Assembly: GCA_963833125.1 (NCBI GenBank)
Contig: CAWHWX010000005.1
Span: 4,478 to 68,477 of the forward strand
Reading direction: 5' to 3'
DNA: 64,000 nt
Source: Candidatus Bathyarchaeota archaeon
Lineage (GTDB): Archaea; Thermoproteota; Bathyarchaeia; 40CM-2-53-6
Shown here: positions 30,677 to 39,210 of the stretch, piece after piece
Numbering within the stretch: position 1 is the first letter of the stretch
How the letters are laid out: each line of letters begins with the position of its first letter
The notes under the pieces: generated by a model
What the model was told of the DNA's origin: nothing
Databases searched by the model: none
Seen by the model: only the letters and a program-made list of their open reading frames with translations
Made by a program: the position numbers and the translations under genes

Positions 30677-31924
30677 TCATTTCTCACGTATAGGATGCTT
30701 TCGTGTTCTGAGGTCTTGTGCGTTCTGTACAAGTTCGCCGTAAAAGCTGGCGACTTTCCTTGCATTTACATCCCAATCGAACTGACTCTCTACGGATTTT
30801 CTCGCACGGGTTCCTATGCGCTTCATTAGGTTACGGTCGTCTAATAGTCCGTTGATCGCGTTCGCTAATGCTTCTGTTGATCTGGGTGGGACGAGTATTC
30901 CGTTTTCGCCGGAGGTGATGACTTCGGGTATTGCGGAGACATTTGTTGCTATTACTGGTTTTCCGCACGCCATCGCTTCCAACACCCTAGTTGGTAGGTT
31001 CTCGTAGAGGGTGGGCACCACGGATATGTCGCATCGTCGATAGTATTCTAGGACCGCTTCTTGATCCTTTACGTAACCCACGACTCGGACGTTTTGCGTG
31101 GGAACGTTGTGTGCGAGTATTTGGTTCAGGTATGGTTGAAAGTTGCCTGGGCCGATGAAGGTGAAGGTTGCGTTCGGGTGTTTGTTAACCACGGCGGGAA
31201 TTGCGTCAGCCAGAAACGTCAGACCTTTCGCGGAGACAAACCGTCCAGTGAAAAGAATGTTCTCAGGTTCTCCTTCTTTCGGATCGGGAGTGAAAACTTT
31301 AGTGTCCACGGAATTTGGGATGACTCTAACTCTTGTTTGATTTAATCTCGGAAAGTAGAGCCAGATTCTTTTTCTCATCCATTCAGAGATGGCGATGTAT
31401 TGTCGGTCTCCAGAGAAGAAGAATCTCTCCGCAATTCTCAGGAACGGATAGCCCATTATGGTTGCTTTTTCCGAGAAATCTAAGTCACCAAATGGTGTTC
31501 CAGAGGATTGGGCTGCTCTTTTCTGTCCTGCAATAGTCGTGTGCACCGTAGCAACTTTGGCCACCTTCAAATGACGCAGCTGAAGTAGCAGGTCTGGCAT
31601 TTGGGCTGTGTGAGAGTGGATTAGGTCAATTTTTTCTCGTTTAACGAGCTTCGGAACATGTCTGAAGCAAGCGTTCTGAAAGGCGCTGTTGTAGTAGAAG
31701 GTGTCGACGGCGGAGCTTATGAAATTAATATGAACGTTACCTGGAAAAATCTCTTCAAGATCGTAATCAGAAGTCGCTGCAGCTATGTTTCCCAGTCGGG
31801 TTCGGTACGGAGTAACAACTTCAACTTCCACAGATCTTGGAAGGTGCCGGACCAGCTCGACTATGTAAGAACCTACTCCACCCCATATCGGAAGAAGTTC
31901 TGGGGCCAGCATGCAAATTTTCAA
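30677..31924 (-). CDS. Glycosyltransferase family 4
   Basis: MKICMLAPELLPIWGGVGSY start. C-terminal motif YENLPTRVLEAMACGKPVIATNV. Confidence 0.85.
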   Translation of the reverse strand: MKICMLAPELLPIWGGVGSYIVELVRHLPRSVEVEVVTPYRTRLGNIAAATSDYDLEEIFPGNVHINFISSAVDTFYYNSAFQNACFRHVPKLVKREKIDLIHSHTAQMPDLLLQLRHLKVAKVATVHTTIAGQKRAAQSSGTPFGDLDFSEKATIMGYPFLRIAERFFFSGDRQYIAISEWMRKRIWLYFPRLNQTRVRVIPNSVDTKVFTPDPKEGEPENILFTGRFVSAKGLTFLADAIPAVVNKHPNATFTFIGPGNFQPYLNQILAHNVPTQNVRVVGYVKDQEAVLEYYRRCDISVVPTLYENLPTRVLEAMACGKPVIATNVSAIPEVITSGENGILVPPRSTEALANAINGLLDDRNLMKRIGTRARKSVESQFDWDVNARKVASFYGELVQNAQDLRTRKHPIREK

Positions 31925-32087
31925 AGGTGCCGATCTCGAGCTTTCGGTTATTGGAGTGTGTGAGGGGAATTAAATACGGTTCCAATCGGCTTAAGCTTGG
32001 TTAACGCGTGTCTTAACATTCGTGCCTTTCAAGGAATATGAATTGACGGGCTAATGTTGGAGGCTGGAGCGTTAACCAAACCGAGTT

Positions 32088-32828
32088 CTATCGACCAGTA
32101 TTCTTGGGAGACAAGATTCCTCCGCTTAGCTCCGACTCAAGCTCTCTAAGATCCTTCAACGTGTTCAATGTCCCCCAGAACCCACTGTGTCTATAGGCGG
32201 CAATCTTGCGCGAACGCGCCAGTTGCGGGAACGTTTCGATTTCGATGTTGCCCTTGACTGGGAGGTAGTCTACTATTCCATGACTGAAAACATACACCCC
32301 GGTACTAACCAGAGAATCTAGCAGGGCTTTCTCCTCGAAGCCTACTATCCTGTCACTCTCTACCTTAACAACGCCAAACGGGCTTCTGAGGTTAGCTACT
32401 GCAATCGTAGCAAGGGCTCCAACTCGTATGTGGAATTCAGCGAAATCCGATACTTTGATGTCGGTTAGTTCATCGCCGTTCATTGCGAGAAAGATCCCAT
32501 CCGGAACGAAACGTTCTATGGCAAGCCGGAAGCCTTCGCCAGTACCTCCCTCCACCGTGTGCTCACTAAAATCCACCCGGACAGGAAGGCTTAGCCGTCT
32601 AACGTAGTCAATCACCATGTCCTTCCTGTAAGCGACTCCGACAACAATGTGTGTTATCCCGTTACCCACTAACCATTGCAGTATCCAATCCAGAATCGGC
32701 TTGCCCGCTACAGAAATCATCACCTTCGGTCTATCGCTCGTAAGCGGCCGTAACCGTAGCCCTTCCCCGCCCGCGATGACTATAGCAGTCTTGATCCTCA
32801 CGTTGCTAGATTTTTCTCCAAGCGTCAA
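32088..32828 (-). CDS. Sugar-phosphate nucleotidyltransferase (NDP-hexose pyrophosphorylase)
   Basis: AIVIAGGEGLRLRPLTSDRPKVMISVAGKPIL matches the G-x-G-x-R-L-x-P-L-T signature. Its start overlaps the upstream dehydratase gene by 23 bp. Confidence 0.85.
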   Translation of the reverse strand: MTLGEKSSNVRIKTAIVIAGGEGLRLRPLTSDRPKVMISVAGKPILDWILQWLVGNGITHIVVGVAYRKDMVIDYVRRLSLPVRVDFSEHTVEGGTGEGFRLAIERFVPDGIFLAMNGDELTDIKVSDFAEFHIRVGALATIAVANLRSPFGVVKVESDRIVGFEEKALLDSLVSTGVYVFSHGIVDYLPVKGNIEIETFPQLARSRKIAAYRHSGFWGTLNTLKDLRELESELSGGILSPKNTGR

Positions 32829-33759
32829 TGGTTCTCTGCAACCCCTGCTGCAGGTTTACGGCTGGTTTCCAGCCTAGTTGGTTTCGTATCTTCGAACTAT
32901 CGAGAACTATGTAGTCGGTGTCTTGGTCGCTCGGTCGTCTCGGGTATCCCGGCGGATAGCTACCTTCAACAATTTTCCCTTCATACCCGATCATCTTAGC
33001 GATCGTTTTCACCAAATCGATGTTTGACTTGGGGTTGCCGGGTGAAACGTTGAATACGTTTCCAATCGCAGACTCGTTCTTGATGGCTGCAAGGTATGCG
33101 TTAACGTGGTCGTCGACATGCATGTAATCACGAACATGCTTTGGCGCTCCAATATACACAGGCTTTCCTTGGAGCATATTCTTGATCGCGTATTCGGTTA
33201 GGAAGTTTGCGTCTTCGGTTCGGCCGTAGGAGTTGTTGCATCTGAGAACAACGGCTTTCAGGCCATAAACCCGCATCGCCATCTGAACATACGTATCAGC
33301 CGCAGTCTTCGACACGCCATACGGGGAGGAGGGGTAGAGGCGAGCGGTCTCCTTGGTTGGTTCCTCCGGCTGCCAACCATAGACTTCAGCGGAACTAGCA
33401 ACGATCACCTTCGCATTTGGGGTCCGTTCCAGGACCGCGTGTACTAGGTTAGTTGTTCCGAGAAAATTCACGCGCATGTAGGGTAGGGGGTCGTCAAAGC
33501 TCAAACGAACCGGCGTGAGCGCCGCCAAATGAATAACAATCTCTGGGGCGGAGGATCCTACTGCTGATTGAATAGAGTGGTAATCAGCGATATCCCCCTC
33601 AATGAAACGCATACTCTCAACCGCCTTACCTAACGCCTCGAAATCCCTACGTGTGGTATGTCTGACCAAACCGTAAATTGTGTGGTCCTCTTCGAGAAGA
33701 CGCTGCGCCAGTTGAGAACCAATAAACCCCGTACATCCCGTCAACAGCACATTAGCCAA
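32806..33759 (-). CDS. NAD-dependent NDP-sugar 4,6-dehydratase/epimerase (RfbB/UXS-like)
   Basis: VLLTGCTGFIGSQLAQRL, SSAEVYG and YGVSKTAAD (S...YxxxK triad). Confidence 0.85.
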   Translation of the reverse strand: MANVLLTGCTGFIGSQLAQRLLEEDHTIYGLVRHTTRRDFEALGKAVESMRFIEGDIADYHSIQSAVGSSAPEIVIHLAALTPVRLSFDDPLPYMRVNFLGTTNLVHAVLERTPNAKVIVASSAEVYGWQPEEPTKETARLYPSSPYGVSKTAADTYVQMAMRVYGLKAVVLRCNNSYGRTEDANFLTEYAIKNMLQGKPVYIGAPKHVRDYMHVDDHVNAYLAAIKNESAIGNVFNVSPGNPKSNIDLVKTIAKMIGYEGKIVEGSYPPGYPRRPSDQDTDYIVLDSSKIRNQLGWKPAVNLQQGLQRTIDAWRKI

Positions 33760-33984
33760 TACCAGTTCCCCCGGGGAAACCTATCTCGTACGGTGCAATA
33801 AACTCACGGCAGCAGGGCAATGAACTCATACACAAATACCTCGGAACCCGCTTAGAGTTCGTTTCGAAGATCCTAGCCGCCATCCTCATCGCAAAGTAGT
33901 CGCGTTGCCCGTTTCTCGCCGCAAGGGTAACGAGTCTCAGGGTTTCTTTGAGAACCATGGTTTTTAGCGGGTTACTCGTAATAT

Positions 33985-34213
33985 GTGGTTGAGCGGACTG
34001 GGTTGAAGAAGAAGCGGTTCTTCGTAGCAATCGACTTCTCCCGGTACAAGGGGAGATACGTGGCGGTGGTCGGAAGGAGGGTCGTTGCTAGCGGAACGAA
34101 CTGCGAAACAAGTGTGGTTAGAAGCCAAGAGGAAGAATCCTTCAGCTCGGCCAGAACTTCACAAGGTCCCGAAGGGCGAGACTCTCACGTGGTCCGATCG
34201 TACGCCGCAGTAG
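33985..34213 (+). CDS. Small DUF5678-like protein (frameshift ~34090-34105)
   Basis: ..RYKGRYVAVVGRRVVASG.. then, in the +1 frame, ..TAKQVWLEAKRKNPSARPELHKVPKGETL... This matches my recollection of DUF5678 (Y-x-GKWVAI..gkVVA.G....ea...a......P....vp). Confidence 0.5.
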
Positions 34214-34251
34214 GGCAATGAGATTGATTTGATGCCGTGGCCTAACTGGTC

Positions 34252-34782
34252 TTACAGTTTTCTGAGGTATTCGAGTATCGTGCGATAGTCATCTTCGCTC
34301 AAACGCCAGCCTGCTCTTCGCATCTCAGTGAGTTTTCCCACTGCTTCATCTCTTCGCATCTCACCTTCTTGATACATCCTTCCGAGCAGGTAACCAGTCC
34401 CGTGACATTCTACCTGCATCAGTCTAGCAGTGGACCTCGCAGCGTGGTCATCCGCGATCAGGATTCCGTCGAGTTCCTTGGCGATGGCGAGTGCCTCAGC
34501 TTCAGCTTTGTGCAGAGGCTTGTTTTCGCCTTCGACAGCGATCTTCATGAGCCTCTTGACTTCCGAGGCGCTGCGAGGTCGAGTAAGTATGAGCGCGGCT
34601 TCTTCAACAAGTTCCCGTATTACTGCGACCTCTGGCTTCCCTTGGGCTTCGCCGGCCAAGAGTTCTTCATAGACGCTTTCGGGCAAGAACTTCTTGTTCT
34701 GTAACTTCCTTAGAGCTTCCGCCAGCGAGGCCCTGATTATGTAAATCACTGGAGTTGTGTCGAAGACTAGGGGCTTCGTCAA
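34252..34782 (-). CDS. PIN-like toxin of the DUF3368 type (partner of UPF0175 antitoxins)
   Basis: Probable TTG start at 34780-34782, giving MTKPLVFDTTPVIYIIRA.... Motifs ..KAEAEALAIAKELDGILIADDHAARSTA...VECHGTGYLLGRM.. are typical of this PIN-like family. The supplied ORF (to 34971) is an upstream over-extension that overlaps the antitoxin. Confidence 0.8.
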   Translation of the reverse strand: MTKPLVFDTTPVIYIIRASLAEALRKLQNKKFLPESVYEELLAGEAQGKPEVAVIRELVEEAALILTRPRSASEVKRLMKIAVEGENKPLHKAEAEALAIAKELDGILIADDHAARSTARLMQVECHGTGYLLGRMYQEGEMRRDEAVGKLTEMRRAGWRLSEDDYRTILEYLRKL

Positions 34783-34790
34783 ACCGCGCG

Positions 34791-35120
34791 CTACTCTTTC
34801 TGTGCTGCCTCGAAGTCTTCGATGAATTGCTCCGCCGAATACTGTATTGGTATCCTTCTTTTCTCGAGTTCTTCGAGAAATTCCCAGATGGAGCGGTTGG
34901 CGAGACCGGCGGCTTTCAGGGCTGTGACTCTTCCCGCTTCGTACAGGCTTATCGCTTTCCCAAGTCTCCATTCTCTGATGTACAGGTCGGTTGCGCGGGC
35001 TATCACTGAAGACTTGTCGAGCTTCTCCTCGAGCGCGATCCGCTCGATCTCACGCGCAACCTCCTTTGGTAATCTTGCCGCCACTACCTCCATTAGCCGG
35101 CTCTTTGCCAAATCACGCAC
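34791..35120 (-). CDS. Antitoxin: RHH-like N-terminus fused to a UPF0175 domain
   Basis: VVAARLPKEVAREIERIALEEKLDKSSVIARA (ribbon-helix-helix pattern) is followed by AISLYEAGRVTALKAAGLANRSIWEFLEELEKRRIPIQYS (UPF0175 consensus). Confidence 0.8.
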   Translation of the reverse strand: MRDLAKSRLMEVVAARLPKEVAREIERIALEEKLDKSSVIARATDLYIREWRLGKAISLYEAGRVTALKAAGLANRSIWEFLEELEKRRIPIQYSAEQFIEDFEAAQKE

Positions 35121-35418
35121 CGTTTACATTAGTTAACTATGTTTACAATCATTTAAGGCGTTCGTCCCAATTTAAGCCTCAAACGGAAGAACAAGATAAC
35201 GATCTACTACGCATGATACAGCGAGCTCTTAGCTGCGACTAGCTGCAACCCTGAAGATAAGAAATCACGATCAACCAAAGAGATTGATGATTCCTGGTAG
35301 GTAAGCTGTAACTTCTAGGTGTTACCTGCATCAACTAGTCTTCGCTTGAGGACGACGTTTATAGGACCGCTGCGGACGACGGCCGACCGAACCTACCAAA
35401 GGAGGTATTGAAAAAGAT

Positions 35419-35907
35419 ATGAAATTATTCGAAGCCCTCGCCCTAAAGAAAGCTCTCCAGAACCAGTTAACCCAACTCATCAGCATTAGAAACAGCACAT
35501 TCGAGTACCCCGAAGACGAGATACCTGAATTCAATTTCCAAGAGCTTACTAGTCGAATAAAAGAAAAAGTGAACGAAATTACAGGCTTGAAACTTGCCAT
35601 CATGCGAGCAAACATGACCAGCAAACTACCCAACGGATACACACTAAATGAGGCAATCATTGAACTCGCAAATATCAGGTCCGCCGTAGATCAATTTCAG
35701 GACCTATTACAAATCGGAAGAAGCCGCTTCCTCTTCAGCGAAAGGAGACGAAATACCACAGAAATCAAAACAATAAAGCAGGCAGCTCCCGACAAGATCC
35801 TAAAGATGATTGAGCAATACGACACCAAACGAATACTCTTCGACGCAATCATCCAAGAAGCAAACCACACAACCGAGATCAACTGGCCACAAAACAGCAA
35901 ACAATGA
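35419..35907 (+). CDS. DIP1984-family (septicolysin-like) protein
   Basis: MKLFEALALKKALQNQLTQL...LNEAIIELANIRSAVDQFQDLL...EIKTIKQAAPDKILKMIEQYDTKRILFDAIIQEANHTTEI follows the family pattern MKLxEALxxRxxLxxKIxQL...TL.E.I...D........L......E....V....L....D.L......LD..IQ..NW.TEL. Size of 162 aa fits. Confidence 0.7.
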   Translation: MKLFEALALKKALQNQLTQLISIRNSTFEYPEDEIPEFNFQELTSRIKEKVNEITGLKLAIMRANMTSKLPNGYTLNEAIIELANIRSAVDQFQDLLQIGRSRFLFSERRRNTTEIKTIKQAAPDKILKMIEQYDTKRILFDAIIQEANHTTEINWPQNSKQ

Positions 35908-36161
35908 AACAATTCCTCCACAGGCGAATGTGAAGGGGAGATCAGGGAAAGAGCGAGACGAAAGCTGAAAGACCTGCTAACTTGGTACCTAGCGTAGAGG
36001 CGCTTGCTTCAAAACTCATCAGATCCTCCAACTCAAAGATCAGACGCGTTCAAAGACGCAGATTACAGCTCAAAGATCAACCCAAGGGCTGCAACTCTCG
36101 GTCGCTCTGAACCTGACCCCAAATCACTCAAGAAAAATCGTCCTCTAGTGAATGTAGGCAA

Positions 36162-36467
36162 ATGAAAATCGGGAGTTGGGACATTTACATAGGGTTTCTG
36201 TACTCCAGCCTGCCGGCGGATTGGAAAGGTCTGGAGCTAGATGAAGCATTCAAGCGAGGAAGACCGGTATGGCAGATCATTGGCGTGCACCTCTGGCATG
36301 ACAGCACCGACGAGGTGAGAATGTTTGAAATCCACCTGAGTCGGAAAAATGGAGCCCGAGTATCTTACCGTCACCTTCCAGCATTCTGGATTGCGATGAC
36401 CTGCAAGTGTGACGAATGTAAGCATGTAAGAAGGAAGAGGAAATTGAAAACTATGAGGAGCAACTAG
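36162..36467 (+). CDS. Hypothetical small protein (101 aa, basic C-terminus with CxCxxC)
   Basis: ORF only. No family recognised. It is followed by the palindrome cluster at 36553-36597. Confidence 0.35.
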   Translation: MKIGSWDIYIGFLYSSLPADWKGLELDEAFKRGRPVWQIIGVHLWHDSTDEVRMFEIHLSRKNGARVSYRHLPAFWIAMTCKCDECKHVRRKRKLKTMRSN

Positions 36468-36552
36468 CGAGCGGTTGGCAAGTATCGTTTGAGTGTAACG
36501 TCAAGTTAACGGTTGTTAAGAGATCCGCCTTGTTTTCTGTTCGGAATTAGGG

Positions 36553-36597
36553 GGGGTGGATCCACCCCTCGAGGGGTGGTGCCAAACGGTGCCAAAC
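36553..36597. repeat. Two overlapping perfect palindromes plus a tandem 10-mer
   Basis: GGGGTGGATCCACCCC (36553-36568) and CCACCCCTCGAGGGGTGG (36562-36579) share the CCACCCC arm. GGTGCCAAAC occurs twice in tandem (36578-36597). Confidence 0.9.
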
Positions 36598-37024
36598 GAA
36601 GGCAACCCTCGCCTCATTTTAAGCCCCGATCCCCCATGCGAAGCTGTTTGCAGCAGCAACCAACAAGTTGACGTTACCTGCGAGGAATCATCCGAATCGG
36701 GTGGAGGTTTTCGCCATCGTACGTTTAGGGGAGTTATGTGGATATGAATCGACGGACAAGTGTTGGAGTCGCAAGGCGAATATCAGGAAGGAAGAATTCC
36801 TCAATTTTGCATGCATGGCTTAGCAGTAATTTGCGTAGTCGCGAATCCTTGAAAGATGCAGGCGAACCCGTCTAGCGTCGTCCTTGTCGGAGACACACAC
36901 GACTCAAACCCTCCAAAGTAACATGTTAAGCCCCAAAAACTACACCACCCACCCCCACCCCGCCAAGACCGTGCGACCAACAAACACAATTCTTGGCGGA
37001 ATGTTGAAGGACATCCTTTCGGAG

Positions 37025-37759
37025 TTACTTTTTCGCTGTCTTACCTCGTTTCTTCATCGCAAAGTACGCTACGGCTGCGATGATTACGATTACTAGGATT
37101 ATGGCTGCTAGGGTTGTGGGGTCGGGACCGGTGCTCGTCGACTGCATGGTCGCAGTGGAAGTTTGCATCAGCGTCTGAACCATCTGCTGAGTCACCGTGG
37201 AGTACGCGACCATCGTAACCATTGTCGGAGCCGATGCGGAGAGGTTCGCGTTCACCTGTGCGACAACGGTTGAGGTTGCTAAGTTGTTCACGACCAAATC
37301 ATACACGCCATCGGCGGGAATCGTAACCGTGAAGTTGTAGGACATTGTCCCTTTCTGGCTTGCGACCAGGCTTGCGGGCGTGCAGTTTCCGCCTGCGACG
37401 ATCTGGTGGCTCCAAGCTTGAAACGCCGGCGCCGTCATGAGATAAACGTCAACGTTACTGTTCGCGGAAACGGATCCACTCAAAACCGCATTCGCTGTCC
37501 CGTTGAACGCCTGAACAAAGTAGACACCACACACACCATGCGTGCCAGGTATGGTGACGGACCCAGCGAAGACTGGCGTCGACCCTCCCTGAACCGTGGT
37601 TAAGGTCTGCGTTCCTAGGGTTACAGTGCTCACTTGGCTACTCGTAGCGAGACTGGTGACAGTTATGGTTGAATACTGCTGGCTCTGCACGACCTGAGCA
37701 GCAGAAAGGAGAGCAACGACCAAGATGAGAGCGGTGATGAAGTGCTTCCCGTGATTCAT
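37025..37759 (-). CDS. Secreted Ser/Thr-rich surface protein with C-terminal TM anchor and basic tail
   Basis: Signal peptide FITALILVVALLSAAQVVQS. C-terminal LAAIILVIVIIAAVAYFAMKKRGKTAKK. Confidence 0.75.
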   Translation of the reverse strand: MNHGKHFITALILVVALLSAAQVVQSQQYSTITVTSLATSSQVSTVTLGTQTLTTVQGGSTPVFAGSVTIPGTHGVCGVYFVQAFNGTANAVLSGSVSANSNVDVYLMTAPAFQAWSHQIVAGGNCTPASLVASQKGTMSYNFTVTIPADGVYDLVVNNLATSTVVAQVNANLSASAPTMVTMVAYSTVTQQMVQTLMQTSTATMQSTSTGPDPTTLAAIILVIVIIAAVAYFAMKKRGKTAKK

Positions 37760-38060
37760 GTTAACCGCGAAAAAACAGTAATGTTCTCCTTTTATGGCTA
37801 CCGATAAGCCCAGAACTTGTGTGCTCCCCCGCTGAACCAGCTCGAAACAGGCTAGAATTCCCGGAAGTCACCCAATCTTGTCACTCAACCCCTGAAGGGC
37901 TGGTGACAACTTGGGCGGTTTTTGGGTGGGTGGCTCATGGGTGTGGGGGTCTTCGTGGAGGCGGGTTTGATGGGAATGTAGTCACTCTGTAACCACTCTC
38001 ACGATAGAGTCGTCACACTGACCCGTTCTAGGCGATTGCGCTAACTTTTCTCGAAGAAAA

Positions 38061-38753
38061 ATGCGCAAAGCCGTCAGTTACCTCGTCCCGCTAATGCTAC
38101 TGGCCCTCATGGCTCTAACCCCGGTTCACGCCTCAACCGAGCCCTCAATCCCAATCAACGGACGCTACTCAGTCTTAACGATCAAAATCTTCATCCCCAC
38201 CTTCCCCAAGTGGGCGCATGATGTTGTTCTAAACGCAACCATCGCATGGAATAAGGCTCAGTTATGGAACCTCCAGAACAACCCCACCGCGACGTTGTAC
38301 AATTTCGTTGAGACAGATGACGGCACCGCAACTTCAATCGTCAGCTTCTCAATGCCCGCTGCGTACGCTTCAATCGCGGTTGGTTGGACCATGTTCAAGT
38401 TTGCGCCGGGTTCACGAACCTCGATAGTCTCAACCCAAACCTACCTCACCCCAACAGTCTTCAACGCTGCACAGGGCAGCAACGCGACTGCGAGGAGCTA
38501 TGCGTTTTGGCTCGCCCTACATGAGCTCGGCAGGATTCTGGGTTTGGGTAGCATACTCGATGGGAAAGACATTATGGAACCAAGGTACACCACCGCTAGA
38601 ATTACCCAAGTACCAAAGCTCTCGACACTCGACCTCTACGCAATACATGTACTGGCCCAAGGCAGTGCCCCGACCTTCGTAACCCTACCCGACGGAGTCC
38701 AAGACCAATTCACTCCGGTGACGACCTTCCTCGAGTCGTCCCCATCTAGCTGA
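38061..38753 (+). CDS. Secreted matrixin (M10)-like protein with degenerate zinc-binding motif
   Basis: Signal peptide LVPLMLLALMALTPVHAS. LALHELGRILGLGSILDGKDIMEPRY....KLSTLDLYAIHVLAQG aligns with HExGHxLGLxHS....xMxPxY....LSxDDIxGIQxLYG, but the 2nd His is Arg and the 3rd His is Ser. Confidence 0.65.
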   Translation: MRKAVSYLVPLMLLALMALTPVHASTEPSIPINGRYSVLTIKIFIPTFPKWAHDVVLNATIAWNKAQLWNLQNNPTATLYNFVETDDGTATSIVSFSMPAAYASIAVGWTMFKFAPGSRTSIVSTQTYLTPTVFNAAQGSNATARSYAFWLALHELGRILGLGSILDGKDIMEPRYTTARITQVPKLSTLDLYAIHVLAQGSAPTFVTLPDGVQDQFTPVTTFLESSPSS

Positions 38754-38851
38754 TACCGCCTAAGCAAGGAAGATATTCCACAGCCTTTTCGCCCAGTCCA
38801 GTTGGTAAGCGCCTTTCCTTGTTCTTGTCAATTAGCAAGTAAGCAGACCGT

Positions 38852-39172
38852 ATGGCTCATATGGAACCAACGGGATTTCCCTCTCTGTCACCTATGTCAG
38901 ATAGAGTTACGGTAGAAAGGAAGGAGTTCGAGGGCTTCCTAGCTGAAAACCAGAAACTCCTCGACCGCTCCCAATCACTGATGAACAGGATAGACCAGTT
39001 GGAGAACGAGAATAAGCAGTTACGGGATGAAGTTCAGATGGCACGAGCAAAGCTTGAGTCCATAGAATCAAACATAGCCAACAATACCCGTCAGGGTGAT
39101 GACGCGCTGAGAAAAGCCCGGGAAACTATGTCCCGGCTAGCTAAAGAAGCCGACAAACGAACATCCAAGTAA
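38852..39172 (+). CDS. Hypothetical coiled-coil protein
   Basis: 106-aa ORF with heptad-rich sequence: ENQKLLDRSQSLMNRIDQLENENKQLRDEVQMARAKLESIE. Confidence 0.5.
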   Translation: MAHMEPTGFPSLSPMSDRVTVERKEFEGFLAENQKLLDRSQSLMNRIDQLENENKQLRDEVQMARAKLESIESNIANNTRQGDDALRKARETMSRLAKEADKRTSK

Positions 39173-39210
39173 GCAAAGTACAACGTTAGTCGCAGAAAAC
39201 TACGGCCCTC

